Source: Callorhinchus milii | Taxonomy: Eukaryota | Assembly (NCBI RefSeq): GCF_018977255.1 | Contig: NW_024704805.1 | Span: 124,142 to 188,000 of the forward strand | Length of the DNA stretch: 63,859 bases | Direction of reading: 5' to 3' | Shown here: positions 27,513 to 40,509 of the stretch, in pieces | How the letters are laid out: each line of letters starts with the position of its first letter | Numbering within the stretch: the first letter of the stretch is position 1 | Program-made: the position numbers and the translations under genes | The notes under the pieces: generated by a model | What the model was told of the DNA's origin: nothing | The model's input: the letters and a program-made list of their open reading frames with translations, nothing else | The model's database searches: none

Positions 27513-28299
27513 ATGCTCATGTGGGAGACATGTGCTGTGCTCTCAATCACTCTCAGCTTACTTTGCCGTTAGTATCTTTTGTATATCTTCTTTTCTTAAT
27601 GTCGTGTTATACCATTTACAACATTATAATATTAATAATCTTTGCATTTGATAAAGTGCCTTATCGGATATTCGAGCCGATTGCGCACAGCAGTTTTTAT
27701 CAAATAGTCATGGATTGAGTGATCACATTATTATCTATTTTATTATTGATTTATTACTGAAGGGCGAGTTACCAACTGGAAAAGAGCGGCGCCAATCGGC
27801 TGACAAATTTGTTCCTATTTATTGCTTGGTAAACAGAGGCGTATGGAGCAAGGAAAATTGCCTAAGCTTTCGCCCTGCCCTGGTATAAAAGCCGGATCCT
27901 CTTGCTTGTGAGGCGAATGCTCTCACCAATACACTACAGGACTCCACGTAAGTCAAATTTTCTGCTCAACAATATGTTCTTTTAAATCACAGCAAACAGC
28001 TTGCGAGACACGGGAAGACAACCGATTGCTGAAAAATCAGTTGAAGAGGGAAAAGATGTGAAATTATCCTGCACCTTAAAGAAAATCAGTGATGCCACCT
28101 AACTTTACTGGTACAGTCAAGCTTCCAGGCACGCTCCAGTCTACATACTTATTTCTGTCTGCTGCAGGGAAGGATTATATGAGCTTTTATTTCCCAAATC
28201 GATTTTCCTTTAAAGTCAATAAAACTAATGAAGATTTCGAACTGAGTTTTGTCAACGACCTGATCAGGGACAGTGCATATATCACTGCGCCAAGCGGCC
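27513..28299 (+). pseudogene. V pseudogene Z1 (putative leader 27513-27567, V exon 27993-28299)
   Basis: Putative leader MLMWETCAVLSITLSLLC; SVEEGKDVKLSC...T*LYWYSQ...APVYIL, then frameshifts, ...DSA/YHCAKR; RSS cactctg 28300-28306, 23 bp, acaaaaact 28330-28338. Confidence 0.8.
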
Positions 28300-29956
28300 C
28301 ACTCTGCTGCCAAGCTATGGCGGCTCCGTACAAAAACTCCAACTGGTTGCTTTGCTGCTAATCCGCGAGGAGGCGTCGTTGCATCGAAGAAAAATAAAAT
28401 AGCATTAGTACCTGTTTATTTGTGGAGAAATACTCTCAAGCAGTTAGGAGACACGTGGGGAAATATTGGTTGATTGTCTACGATGCAAATAAGGCTTAAA
28501 ACATGATCAATGAAATAGCTTAAGGTGAAACATATCGAGAGTCATTTAGTGTATAGTTTTTGTGCATTGGCTTCAAAAGCGAGAAGAACTGGTGTCGATT
28601 CCCGGGCGGGTCGAATAACGCTTAAAACATGATCAATGAAATAGCTTAAGGTGAAACATATCGAGAGTCATTTAGTGTATAGTTTTTGTGCATTGGCTTC
28701 AAAAGCGAGAAGAACTGGTGTCGATTCCCGGGCGGGTCGAAACTTTGGGCAATTTTTTTTGATCCCCACACGTGGCTCTCTATACGGAGCAGAAGTAGGA
28801 ATATGGTTGTTAGTCGATTGAGTTATGGCTTTTCCTGGAGAAATAACCCCTTAAAACATAATAATGGCAACAATGTTGTCACTCAAACCATAAATGTTTC
28901 TATGCAGCAGACGACCACATTATGCCCCCCAAAGCACAGTCATTACACTGTACAATATATACTACAAAGCGCTTGGAGACGTCTCAATAGCATGATAACG
29001 CGCTGTATCAAATGTCATCGTTAATTTGGGCCCAGCTTAAATAATGTATTGCGGTATATGACAACTGGGGGTCGCTCGTGCGCCGATATTTTGACAAGAT
29101 ATCTGTGGCTGAAAAGCATGAAAATGCTTCAAAAAAGCATATCCTGGAATCACTTCCAATCGTTCTCAGAAGCTTGACAACCTCGTCCCGTTCCTTGGTT
29201 TACACTTCCCATTTTGAATAACAGATATACTCGAAACGTGTGTTTGCTACATTATCTTGAGAACATATTGATCTCATTCCCTTCATCACCAGTTTTCCGA
29301 TTCACCATTCCTGCAAGTCGCCGACATATTAGCCTTTGCCAAGGACATCTGGGTCCAATATCTCAGTGTTTAGAGCACTCGCCTCGCAAGCAGGAGATAT
29401 GATTTCGATTTTCGATTCTCGACTGTGCGAAATGTTCGGTAGGTTTCCTTACTCCACTCCTCTACTTACCTCTTAGATTAGTAGGAAAACGTCCAGTAGT
29501 CGATTTGCGGATCGCTTCCATATTTCTTTAAAAAAATTCCTAGTAAATTGGTTATTCAATCCACGACTCTTTGTGCGATACTGTTGTTCCCAATGGGCTG
29601 CCGCACTTCTCTCTAATATACACAGGCAATTCATTTTACAGTATATTTTGTGAAACATTGAGACGTATCCGTGATGCGCTATATCAAATGCAAGGATTAT
29701 TATTATTTCATTCGGCTGAACAAAAATATATCAGTGATGGAAGAAAACCAATGGAGATAGCAGAGCAGATGAGATGACGCACAATGAAAGGACACAAAGT
29801 TTTGGACATAACCCTTAGGCCTTCTCCATCACCGTTTTTGGCAATTTCTGTATGTCAGTTCCTGTGCAGCTCTCCTCACGGTAACTTACTGACTCCCAGC
29901 CAGCATTCTCAAGCGACAGCATCAACTCTCTGAACACCCCGTGTCATTAAATACAT

Positions 29957-30700
29957 ATGACAATGTACATCTATGTGGCAGTCGCCATTATTACTTGTCA
30001 GGTAAGCGATAAAGTCATTCTGTATGTCTGCTTCCTGCAGATATTTTCCAACGCGATTGTTTTATTGTCTTTAATAATCAAAATGCTAAAGCAATCGTGG
30101 TGCCGTGGAGTCCTGTAGCTCAGTTGTTATGGCACTCCGGTTGTATTTAAATTTGCGAAAGGATTCTCCAGGTATAATAATTTATTTATAATTGAATTAC
30201 TCAAGCCACGACTGTTTGTGAATTACTCCGTGAATGCCTGTGGCATTTCGCCCAGAAAATACACTTAAATTGTTTTCTGTGACGACATTTGAGATATTTC
30301 AAAGGCATTATAAGTCGCTGTATCAAATTCAACCATTATTAATATTATCATAATTATTGCATTGAACTCTGCTGTTTGTATGGTTTCTAGGACATTGTGG
30401 AGGAGACGCTGTGACACAGCTTCAATCTACTGTGAAAGTGAATGAAGGGGAGGATGTTTATCTGTAGTGCAATTATACAGCTACAACAACCAGCGACCCC
30501 GACCTGTACTGGTACCGTCACTATCCGAACAAAGCTCCAGAATATATCCTTTGGACAGACAAAGGGAACAATCCGCAAAATGCAGACTTTGCAAAAGATC
30601 GTTTTATAACGCATGTGGATGAAGCGGAGAGAACCGTCCCATTAAATATATCCCAAGTCAGAGTTGCAGACTCCGCGGTGTGTTACTGTGCACTGAGCCC
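29957..30700 (+). pseudogene. V pseudogene Y4 (leader 29957-30001, V exon 30391-30700)
   Basis: Leader is 45 nt (1 nt short of paralogs); TAG at 30465-30467 just before Cys23; RSS cacagag 30701-30707, 23 bp, acaaagact. Confidence 0.88.
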
Positions 30701-33199
30701 CACAGAGGCACAGATCAGCGATTCCGCCCTACAAAGACTGCTTAACGGATTCCTGTGACTGAGTGGTTAGAGAACTCGCCTCGCAAATGAAAGCATCTGG
30801 GTTCGATTTCCGGCAGAGAGAAACGTTGGGCCGGTTTCCTTATTCCAGGAACTCCTATTATTTTCATCGAAACCACTTGAAAGATCTTGCTTTCTCGGTA
30901 GAGGGGCCCCATGCACGTGAACTTTTCTTGTGTTTCTTAAATACGTAGAAAAACATCCAAAATAACAGGTTGCAATTATATTGTTTTCAAAGAAACTATT
31001 TCCTCCATTTACAGAAAAACAGTTTCTTCTGGTGGGTGGGGAATCCAGAAAAACTGGGTATCACTTTAAAATTAGGGTCAGTCAAGTAAGGAGAGCAATT
31101 GTGGAGCATTTGCACTAACCCAAACGGTAATGGAAATCCAGAACATTTTCACCAAAAAATATGTGGATGCTGGATCCATTCTTATTTTCTATGCTTAAGT
31201 GGATGGAGATCTGTTAGCTCAGGGATGCGGGCGAGGGCTGGAAATTGCAGTTGAGGTATAGATTAGCAATGATGGAATATAATTTGGGAAAAGGCTCACG
31301 TGTCTGAATGGCTTCCTCCTTCTCCTCTAAAGTGCCTTTGAAGGGGTGTGTCTTTCACTGAGTTTAACAATGTTGGGGCTTGGCCAAGAAACAGGGACAA
31401 CGGCTGTTGACAGGAGGCACAATAATAAAGAAACTTATTTAGGTTAGTGTGGCCAAGCTGGAGGGATTCAGACATAGACTGGCACAGCTTCAGGGCCCAG
31501 TGCTTTTGACAGTGGAAAACAACATGAATCATTCCCAGACTGCGCGTAATAAATGCTGTCATATTTCTGTGGTATAGAAACACACAGAGATTCAATGCGC
31601 TGTATTCTCTGTCCAAAACATGAAACTGAGAATGTTCCCCTTGCGCTGTTTGGATTACAGATCAATTCAGTTCAGGTTTTGCTGTCATATCAGGTTCAAG
31701 GAATGCCTAGAAGCAAAGCACACACTAACAAGTATGTGTACTGTTCGGTGAGTCACTAACGATATAACACAAATTGTACTATTTACGTTAACGAATAGTA
31801 GTCAAGATGAAATGATATTTTATATCTAGTGAACAGAGCGCAATGGCATAATCTCCTGAAGTGAACGGAGGAACATAAGAGTAAAGATATAGTGGCTATT
31901 TTGTAAAATGCTCCATCACAGCTCAATGCTCAGTCAAATAATATTTACGACAATATGAGGAACGAGCCGGCAAATGAGAATACGGTATAAACTTGTAATG
32001 GAGGAGATAGCTCCAGGAAAGTTAAGACAAGGCCCAAAATAATTTACTATCAAAAGTCTCCAATTTTACCAGTGCTGTAGGTGCAATCCACCAGCAGAAG
32101 GCGCACAATACACACTTATATCATGAGCTGAAACTGATAAACTTGACACATAACTTTCTGTAACTAACTTCCTTCGTAGCAATAACAGATGTTTCCTGTT
32201 ACAGTTGACATTCTTCACTCATATACACTTTTGCTGCTTCAAGTGAAATTGACAAAGATTTTTTCTGAAGCACAGCATTAGTTTGCTCAAGAAGCAACTT
32301 AAATTTTATGTTTTGTACATTAATGTCTTTCTCCCAGGAAAGCAGCCGCCCTGAATAAGATCTCACTCCTGTAATACATGGGTTAGATTTTGTTAACGGC
32401 AATATGGTCATTTGTTTTGGTTTAAGTAGGGTAGGAAATTAAAGCTGACCTTGCTTAATGTAATTTAGGCGTCTTGAGTTGCAGCTCGCTTACTTGGATG
32501 CAATGCTAAGAAGAAGTGCACAACGATGATAATATTAATAAAAATCATGATAATAATAATAGTAATGATAAAATTATAATAATAATAATGCTGGCCTTTG
32601 GTACAGCGCCTTTCAATTTTCAGTCGTCAGCAAAGCTTAGTATCCGTTTTCTAATGAGAAGTGACGTTAGATTGTAGGCCAACACCAGAAGCAATTATCA
32701 TGCAGTAGTTTCCCCACAAACGTTAATAAAGTGATTGATGGCTTCTATCTGGGGTTGTTGACAGCACAACCTTCACACAGTCTTGAATTGCAATTCAGTC
32801 TCGTCTGTGAGCTCAACTTGTCGACGTTGGGCCTGAAACATCAACATTGTGACTCATGTATGAAAGCATAACCAACAGAGGCAGGTTTTCAGCTCAGCCT
32901 TGATAATAGAAAGGAAATCTTTATTCCTTCAAGTGAGGCTGCATCGGTCCATGATTCTGCATATAAATGCTTGTGTTCATCGCGTCCAGGATAGATTATG
33001 TCAACTGTCTGCTCACATTATAAGATGCTTCTTCCCTTCACACATTGCTCGATATCTAGAAATCTGTATGCTGTGCTTTTCCCACACACGATTCCACAGT
33101 ATATAATACCAGACAATACCAACTGGCTCCCAATCACGGGAAGGTCAAGCTCAACAACAACCGTAATATTCCATTTGAGTAGAGTCTTTCACGTCGGAA

Positions 33200-33650
33200 G
33201 GAAGTCCTAGGCCGCTGAACATTCAGAGTTTTTGACCTGAGGTTCGGTGGGGTTTTATGGAGTTTTGAGTGCAGGTGGTGTAGCTGGTGATCCAAAGCAT
33301 GGTCAACGAGTAGGGTCTTGAAGTGGGCTTTGAAGGAGGCAAGGAAGGGGGCGAGGCGGAGGGACAGCGGACGGATTTGCAGATTTTGTGGTTAGAGTTG
33401 CAGTTCAAGTTACTTACCCTAACCATTAAATATCTCGATGGCATTGCCCCATCACCTTTGTGATATCGCTCCGCATTTTGCTGCAAAGCTGTCACCAAAT
33501 TGAATTACCTCGAAGGAGACTCACTCTCCCGTACCCCTGCCCCAGACGACCAACGGTAACGCATTAACTGCCCTCCCACATTGACCAGGTGATGTCCACG
33601 TCATGGGATTAGGAAGTGAGGGCAGAGCGTTCAATTGTCATTAGTCAGAG
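33200..33650 (-). mobile_element. Decayed L2-like LINE ORF2 3' fragment (paralog at about 51500-51950; another L2-like piece at about 57000-57320 on +)
   Basis: The minus-strand translation of the paralog gives ...LSHRLAPFLAALKAHFKTLL..., resembling the L2 ORF2 C-terminus. Confidence 0.45.
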
Positions 33651-33711
33651 TTTACATCGCAGATCAACAACAATATCTTTCCAACAAAAGAGCGCAGCTG
33701 TGGAGTGAGTG

Positions 33712-33762
33712 ATGGGGATGGAAGTATCCTGTGTGTGTTAGCTCTTGCTGCCATTTTATTAG
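33712..33762 (+). pseudogene. Orphan, frameshifted leader exon, paralog of the 52051 leader; its V exon is missing past the duplication junction at 34205
   Basis: Sequence similarity to 52051-52102 including ttattag|gtaatc; the following intron matches 52103-52550 and then breaks off. Confidence 0.7.
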
Positions 33763-34611
33763 GTAATCCCGGGTAACAATAGTAAAGTTTCAATCAATTT
33801 TCAAACTCGTTTCGTTGTATCGGTTTCTCTATTCTGCCCGTTTCATTAATCATAATAATAATAGTTTTCACACCTGCTATCGGGCTTCAATATGACTTGA
33901 AGACGGCTCCAGTCGCTTCATAGACTATATTGTAAATAATAGTGACTTAACGTTTTGTTGGGAGAAACGCGGCAGCCAATTTGGAGTATTCCCCAAATAA
34001 TCATGGATTATATGACCACATTGAAAGTTTTTTTTTCTTTTTGACCGGGTTATTATCCCGGAAACCATCTCCTAATTGACTAACAATTAGTTTTCTACTT
34101 ATTGTTGGGGAACCAGAGTTGTGTGTGCTAACGAAACTTGCCTAAGATTGTGCCCTGTCCTGACCGGGAATCGAACACGGGTCCTCTCGTTTGCGAGGCG
34201 AGAACCAATCCGCGGCAGATCAAGTTAAAAATCCTCATTAGAGAAAGTGACATCAAAAGCGGAAATGTTGTCACCACAGCCTTGATGACAGAAACTGAAC
34301 CTATATTCCTTTAGGCTCTACTGCATGGCTCAACGATTCACATCAAATCGGTTCACTCACTAAACTGTAGAATGAATTGTTGTTGTGTGATACGTGCGAC
34401 AATATTCCCATCCAAACCGAGACCCATTCGCTTCCAATCGCCAGAAGATCGAGTTCAGGATCCTCTGGTTAGTGTGAAACGCCGACAATTATAGAGAGTA
34501 AACACTAAACCCGTCAGATGAGCCGCTTCCTCACAACTCGTCACTGAAGCAGCAACACAGCGATATACAAAGGAAGAGATTCCATTATCTGTCCACACCT
34601 CAGCAGCCAAC

Positions 34612-35730
34612 ATGACATCTCACTGCCAGTTACTGATAGCAGTGCTCACCATAGCCAGTAAGTATGTGTGGACATACCCAGCGAATGAACTTTACATTAT
34701 ATAATATCAGATGCTTAAAGGTTAGAGCAATCGTCTGTTAAGCGAGAGAACATGTGTTCGATTCCCGGGCGGCCGAAACTTTTACCAAATTTGCTTACAC
34801 CTCACGCCTCTGTTTACATGAAGTAATGTCTTAATTTCAGGGGTGCGCTGCAACATGCACGTTTCTTTCTATGCTGCTGTATTAAGTAAGAAAACATCAA
34901 AACAAACAAGATCCAATATATTCTTTACACCAAAACTATTCCTTTATTTATAAAGATACTGTTTTTTCTGGTGGTTGGGGGAATCAGACTAAAGGTGCAT
35001 TAGATCCAGTCCAGTTAGCAGAGAAATTTTGAGAAAAATATTACGAAAAATGTAAGGAAATCTGGAAAACTTCACAAAGAAGCTGAGGTTGACGGTTCCA
35101 TTTATATTTTCGAGACCGAGTTGGATTCGTGGATCGCTTTGCGACTGCAATAAAGTATTTTAAAAAATCAGCTAACAAAAATTTTTTCACTCAATCTGTG
35201 GTTTGTTGTTTGTTGTTGATGTTGCTGGACGCTGCTTTGTTTGATTTTCTGCTAAGTTTCGCCCACAAAATATTGTCAATTCGCTTTATAATATATTCTC
35301 TGGGCTATTTGAGATGTGTGAACCGTGTGATAAGGTGCTGTATAAAAAGGAATAATTGTTATCAATACAGTTAATTAAAATTATCATTTAACTTTGCTCA
35401 GCAAAATGTGTTGTTTTTGGCTGTTTTTGCAGAAGTCGGCGGACAAGATGTTGTCACCCAATATCCTCCCGAGATAACAGATTTTGAAGGAGAAGACGTG
35501 ACACTAAAATGTAATATTTCAAGGTTGGACACTGCCTTCTGGTACAGGCAATATCCCGATGGAAGCCTTCAGTACTTGTTCAGGATATATGGCTCTGGAT
35601 AGGTAGACACAACTCCTGATCTACAGGAACGTTTCACAGCCGAACAGATCAAGGAGAATAAAGTAATTAAGATGCAGATATTCGGTGCTGTTATGGGTGA
35701 CAGCGCTGTGTATCACTGTGCCCTATACCC
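34612..35730 (+). pseudogene. V pseudogene X4 (leader 34612-34657, V exon 35433-35730), copy of X1
   Basis: AAG>TAG nonsense at 35600-35602 in CDR2; otherwise nearly identical to X1; RSS cacactg 35731-35737, 23 bp, acaaaaact. Confidence 0.88.
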
Positions 35731-38700
35731 CACACTGCTACAGGAAGGCAGATTCCCCGTACAAAAACTCAGCAGACAATAATATCTTGCTCTCACACAT
35801 TTAACATGTGCTTTAAAGAGACTGAAATATGCAATTAAAACAGAGAGATTGGTGTAGTTCTGTGTTTATAGCACTTGCCTCACAATCGACAGACGTGGGT
35901 TCAATTGCCAAGAGAACGGATCATGGTGCAACTTTCCTTATTCCACCTTCCCGTCTCTGTTTACCATCAGAAAGTAGGAAGCAGGTTGTCAATCGATTGG
36001 CGGATCGATTTTCCAGAGTTAATAATTCCTTCAGAATTATCGTGTGAATAGTAAATTGTTCACTTCATCCAATGGGACACCGATATTTCCAATTTGCTGC
36101 CGTGCTTGGCCCTCACAATACGCAGTCAATTCGTTTACTGTATATTGAAGGAAGCACTGAGTGGCGTCTCGAAGATGTGATATGGCGCTGTATCAAATGC
36201 AACTATTATTATTCTTGTTATTAACTGTAGTCATGTTATCATTCCAGTAATAATAAAAAAATGTCTTGCATTCTGCGGAGCGCTGCCACGTGCAATATTC
36301 TTACTATGCTGCATTAGTAAGTAAGAAAACATCAAAACAAACAATTTCCGTTTATATTGCTGACACAGAAACTATTTTCTCTATTTATAGAGAAACTGCT
36401 TCTTCTGGTGGTTTCCGGCATGCAGAATGAGGTTGCATCGGAGCCAGTCCAGATCGCAGAAAAAATTGTCAGAAAAAAATTACGAAAAATTATGGAAATC
36501 TGGAAAACTTCCACAAAGATTCTGCAGAGGTTGATTCCATTAATGTTTCCCAGACTGAGTTGGATACATTTATTTTAGCTCAGAATTTCAAGAAATACGG
36601 AGAAAAGGTTGCAATATGTGTTGAGAGATAAATCAGCCATGACGTAATGTAACGTTGGAACAGGCTCAAGGAGCTGATGGTCTGCTCCTATTACTATTTA
36701 GCGCTTTACACGTTGGGGAGCGTCTTGGTGAATCAAAGAAGAAAGAAACCAATTTGGGGAATTTACGTTAAAGAAGGATGAAGTTTAACTTTCATTTTAA
36801 GTTTATTGAGCACATTTGCCTCGGGACGTCCGCCTGACACGAACGGACTTACCTGAATGCCCCTCTGATGTTACTCTGTTTTAAAATGCTATATGTCAGC
36901 GAAGTGTTCAATCAAATAATCTAATCGATGAAGTAAAAAGTTAGTGAATTGAATTAAATTGGGGAAGCAAGTGTTTGCACAGAGACACGTCAAATTAAGG
37001 AAATGTGAATGACATTGAATGGTCGAATGCTCCAGGGAAGACCAGAAAATATGAGGAACGAGCGGGGAAATGAGACTAATGGATAAAATTTCAGTGGAGA
37101 AGACAGCACCAAGGAAAGGCAAGTCGGGACCATAGCAATTAAGCTACGAAACCTCTCCAATTGCAAACGTGCTGTAGCTACAATCAACCAGCAGATGGAG
37201 CACTAAACATGCACATGCAACATGAGCTGCAACTTGTATAAATTGTCACGCTCCTTTCGGTAAATAGTTTCCTTTGCAGCAGTAACAGGTGCTTCCTGTT
37301 GTGTTTGACACAGTTCACTCATACACACTATTGCTGCTTCAAATGTAATTTACAAATATTTGCTTAAAGTATTAACACAAGGCTTAGGTTGCACAGGAAA
37401 CAATTTCTGTCTCACATATTATATTTTGTTCCCTTTTCCCAAATAGCAGCCGTTGTTAAGTTGTATTCTCTACTGTATTGCAATTCTCTCTTGAAAGTTG
37501 TTATATTATCGGCTTCTGCCACCCTTTGAGGCAATGCATTATAGATCAGAACAACTCGCTGTGTGAAAAAAATAATTCTGGCCTCCTCAATGCTTATTCA
37601 GGCAACTTCATTAAACGTGAATATTAAGCTATTTAATACGTTATTACCATATAATTAAAAAATTCTTTGATATTTCATCCCGCAACTGAAACATTGAAAA
37701 GCCACCGAAGTGCTCACTGTGTAATACATGTTGCATTATGTTCTGATGTTCTGGGCTGACACTAGGGCAGGCCTGGCTGTCTGTATTGTCGGTGAAACTT
37801 GTCCTACCGAGGAGATATTAAAACGAGGTCGAGACGTCTTGCCTGAAGGGACTATAATGTTGCCATAGCACTGCTCGAGAAAGGACAAGGTTTCGACCAA
37901 TGTCTGGACAGACTTTCTTTCGCTAAAATTCGTCTCTCATTCATAGCTGTTTGTGGAACATTGTTGTACACAAATTGGATGCCAAGTTGACAAAAAAATC
38001 TGCCTCTGTTTTCGACATTAAAACCTGCGAGGAGGTTTGAGGCGATTCTACGAAATGACAAGACTGTGTTCGATAAAAGCATTTCTCAAACACGAATAAC
38101 CAACACAATTGTAAGGTCATGTCTTATTCTATATTGTAACAATATCGATAATAATAAGAAAGGTTGCATTTGCTATACTGCCATATTACGTCATTGAGAC
38201 GTCTCAAAGATCGTCACAGAATATACTGAAAAGTGGAGTACTATATTCTTTTATGCCAATTGTGTACAGCTGTGTCCCACAAAAAGTTGTGGGTTGAGTT
38301 GCCTTATTATGTGGCACTGTGTGTGTGGGAGAGTGTGGGGTGTGAGGTGGTGCGGGGGAGAGGGTGGTGATGGGGCGATAGATTGTATTGTGTAGGCCAA
38401 ACTTGGTAGCCAACTGTGTAAAACAGTGGCCCACACATTGTTGTGGATTGATTGACCTGATTTTGTGGCACTGTGTGTGTTTGTGTGGGGGAGGGGAGGA
38501 GGCGGGACGCTGTGTGGGCGGGGCGTTGTAAATTAACGGCAGTGATTGGGCGATTCGGCTCAGTTCGGGGGTGGGGCAGTGACTGAGTGACATAGCTCTG
38601 TGGGCGTGGCAGACGTTATGTGGGCGGGGCTCAGTGCGGGCGGAGCAGTGACTTAGTGACGTAGCACTGTGTGCGCGTCAGTGGCTGTGTAGGCGGGGCT

Positions 38701-39376
38701 CAGTGCGGTCGGGGCAGTGACAAAATGACGTAGCTCTGTGGGCGTGGTAGTGGCTGTGAGATTAAGTATATATGATAATGTATATCAATGTTTCAATGCG
38801 CTTCACAGAAAAAAAACTGTCAAGTATAGTGACTGTGCATTTTGAAGGCGAAACACGATACTTATACCCAGAAAGTAAACCAGCGATCGACTAACACCAA
38901 ATTCCTACTTACTGCGCTGTAAACAGTGTTGAGTGTGGAGTAAGGAAATTTGACCAACAGTTGACCATGTCAGGAATCGAACAGATATCTCTCGCTTGGG
39001 GCGACGGCATTAATCCGTGAGCTACAGTACTCGACTGATGGTACATATATGTGAACTCATTTATGAGCGTTTGATGAACTAATATATGGGTGTATCTTGC
39101 TGCAGGTTTCAGACATGCGATTGAACAAAAACATATCAGTGATCGAAGAGCACCAATGGAGGAGCGATACGGCAGAGCAGAGAAAATGACGCAGAGACAC
39201 AAGGTTTGTACGTAACCCTCAGATCCTCTCCCTCGCAGTGTAGAGTAACTTCTCTAGGTTATTCCGTTCAGTAGTCCTCACCGTATCTTATTCTCTCCCA
39301 GCCAACATTCTCCAACTACACCATCAACGTTCTCTCAACGCCCTGTGACATTAAATACAGATGATACAAATCATAA

Positions 39377-40509
39377 ATGATAATGTATATCTATGTGGTA
39401 GCAGCCATCATTGCCTTATCAGATAAGCGCTAAGCTCATTCTACCAGTCTGGTTCCTGGACATATTATCTAATGCTTATGTTTTATTTATGGCATTTATG
39501 AAATTCTCTAATGCAGAAGGCTGTAGATGCTCAGTCCATGTACAAGTTTAAGACTGAGATTGATAGATTTCTAAAGGATAGAGGGTTTAAGGGATATGGG
39601 GATCAGGAGTGCAGATAGAGTTAGGTTAGAAGATCAGTCATGATATTATTGAATGGCTAGGCAGGCTGGAGGGTCCGAATGGCCTACTCCTGTTCCTGAT
39701 TTCTATGTTCGTATGTTCCTACGTTTATGGTATAAAATAACCAATACGCTACTTGCCTCATGGAGTCGTCCATCTCAGCGGACAAGGACTTGGTCTCGTC
39801 AGCGAGATGACCTGGTTTCAATTCCCGGGCGAGACAGGGGGTAAACCCTATGCAAGTTTCCTTACACCACAAACACACACTCTGTTTGCCCAGAAGTCAG
39901 TAGATGCACGTTTGTTAATCGATTGTTGGAATATATTTCGTTTGTAAATAATCCTTCAAAAAAATGTATACTTATATTAACATTAAAAATGCTGTCAATC
40001 GTTCCATCACTGTTTGTGGGTGAATGTTGTGCGCAATTAACTGCCACGTATCGCCCACAAACTACAAAGCAAAACTGTGCTATGTGAACCATTTGCAGAC
40101 ACCGCAACCATGTGGTTAGGGGCTATATCAAATCCAATAATCAGTTATATTTTTATTATTATTGCTGTTAATCGCTGACGTGTTTCTCTTTCCCACGACA
40201 TAGTGGAGGAGATTCTGTGACACAGCTGCAATCTGCTGTTACAGTGAATGAAGGGGAGGTTGTTTACCTGCAGTGTAATTACACAGCTGCAAGCACCAGC
40301 GATCCCTATCTGTTCTGGTACCGTCACTATCCCAATAAAGCTCCAGAATATATCCTAAGAACAGACACCAGCAACAAGTTCCCGGACCACGCGGACTTTG
40401 CAAAAGGACGTTTCTCAAAGAATGTGTCTAAAGGGGAGAGAACCGTCCCATTAAATATATCGCAAGTGAGAGTTGCAGACTCTGCGGGGTATTACTGTAC
40501 ACTGAGCCC
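39377..40509 (+). CDS. V segment Y5 (leader 39377-39422, V exon 40197-40509): open frames, intron with AT...AC termini
   Basis: MIMYIYVVAAIIALS-G-HSGGDSVTQ...YLQC...LFWYRH...DSAGYYCTLSP is continuous if 39423-40196 is spliced out; RSS cacagag 40510-40516, 23 bp, tcaagaact. Confidence 0.7.

Noticed and set aside
27107-27550. Pro/Thr-rich mucin-like minus-strand ORFs (also 45624-46054)
   Set aside because: They are translations of the 69-bp (23-codon) minisatellite, with no splice or domain support.
39423-40196. U12 (minor spliceosome) intron interpretation of the AT-AC intron
   Set aside because: The donor is ATAAGC rather than ATATCCTT and there is no TCCTTAAC branch site; paralogs show it derives from a GT-AG intron.
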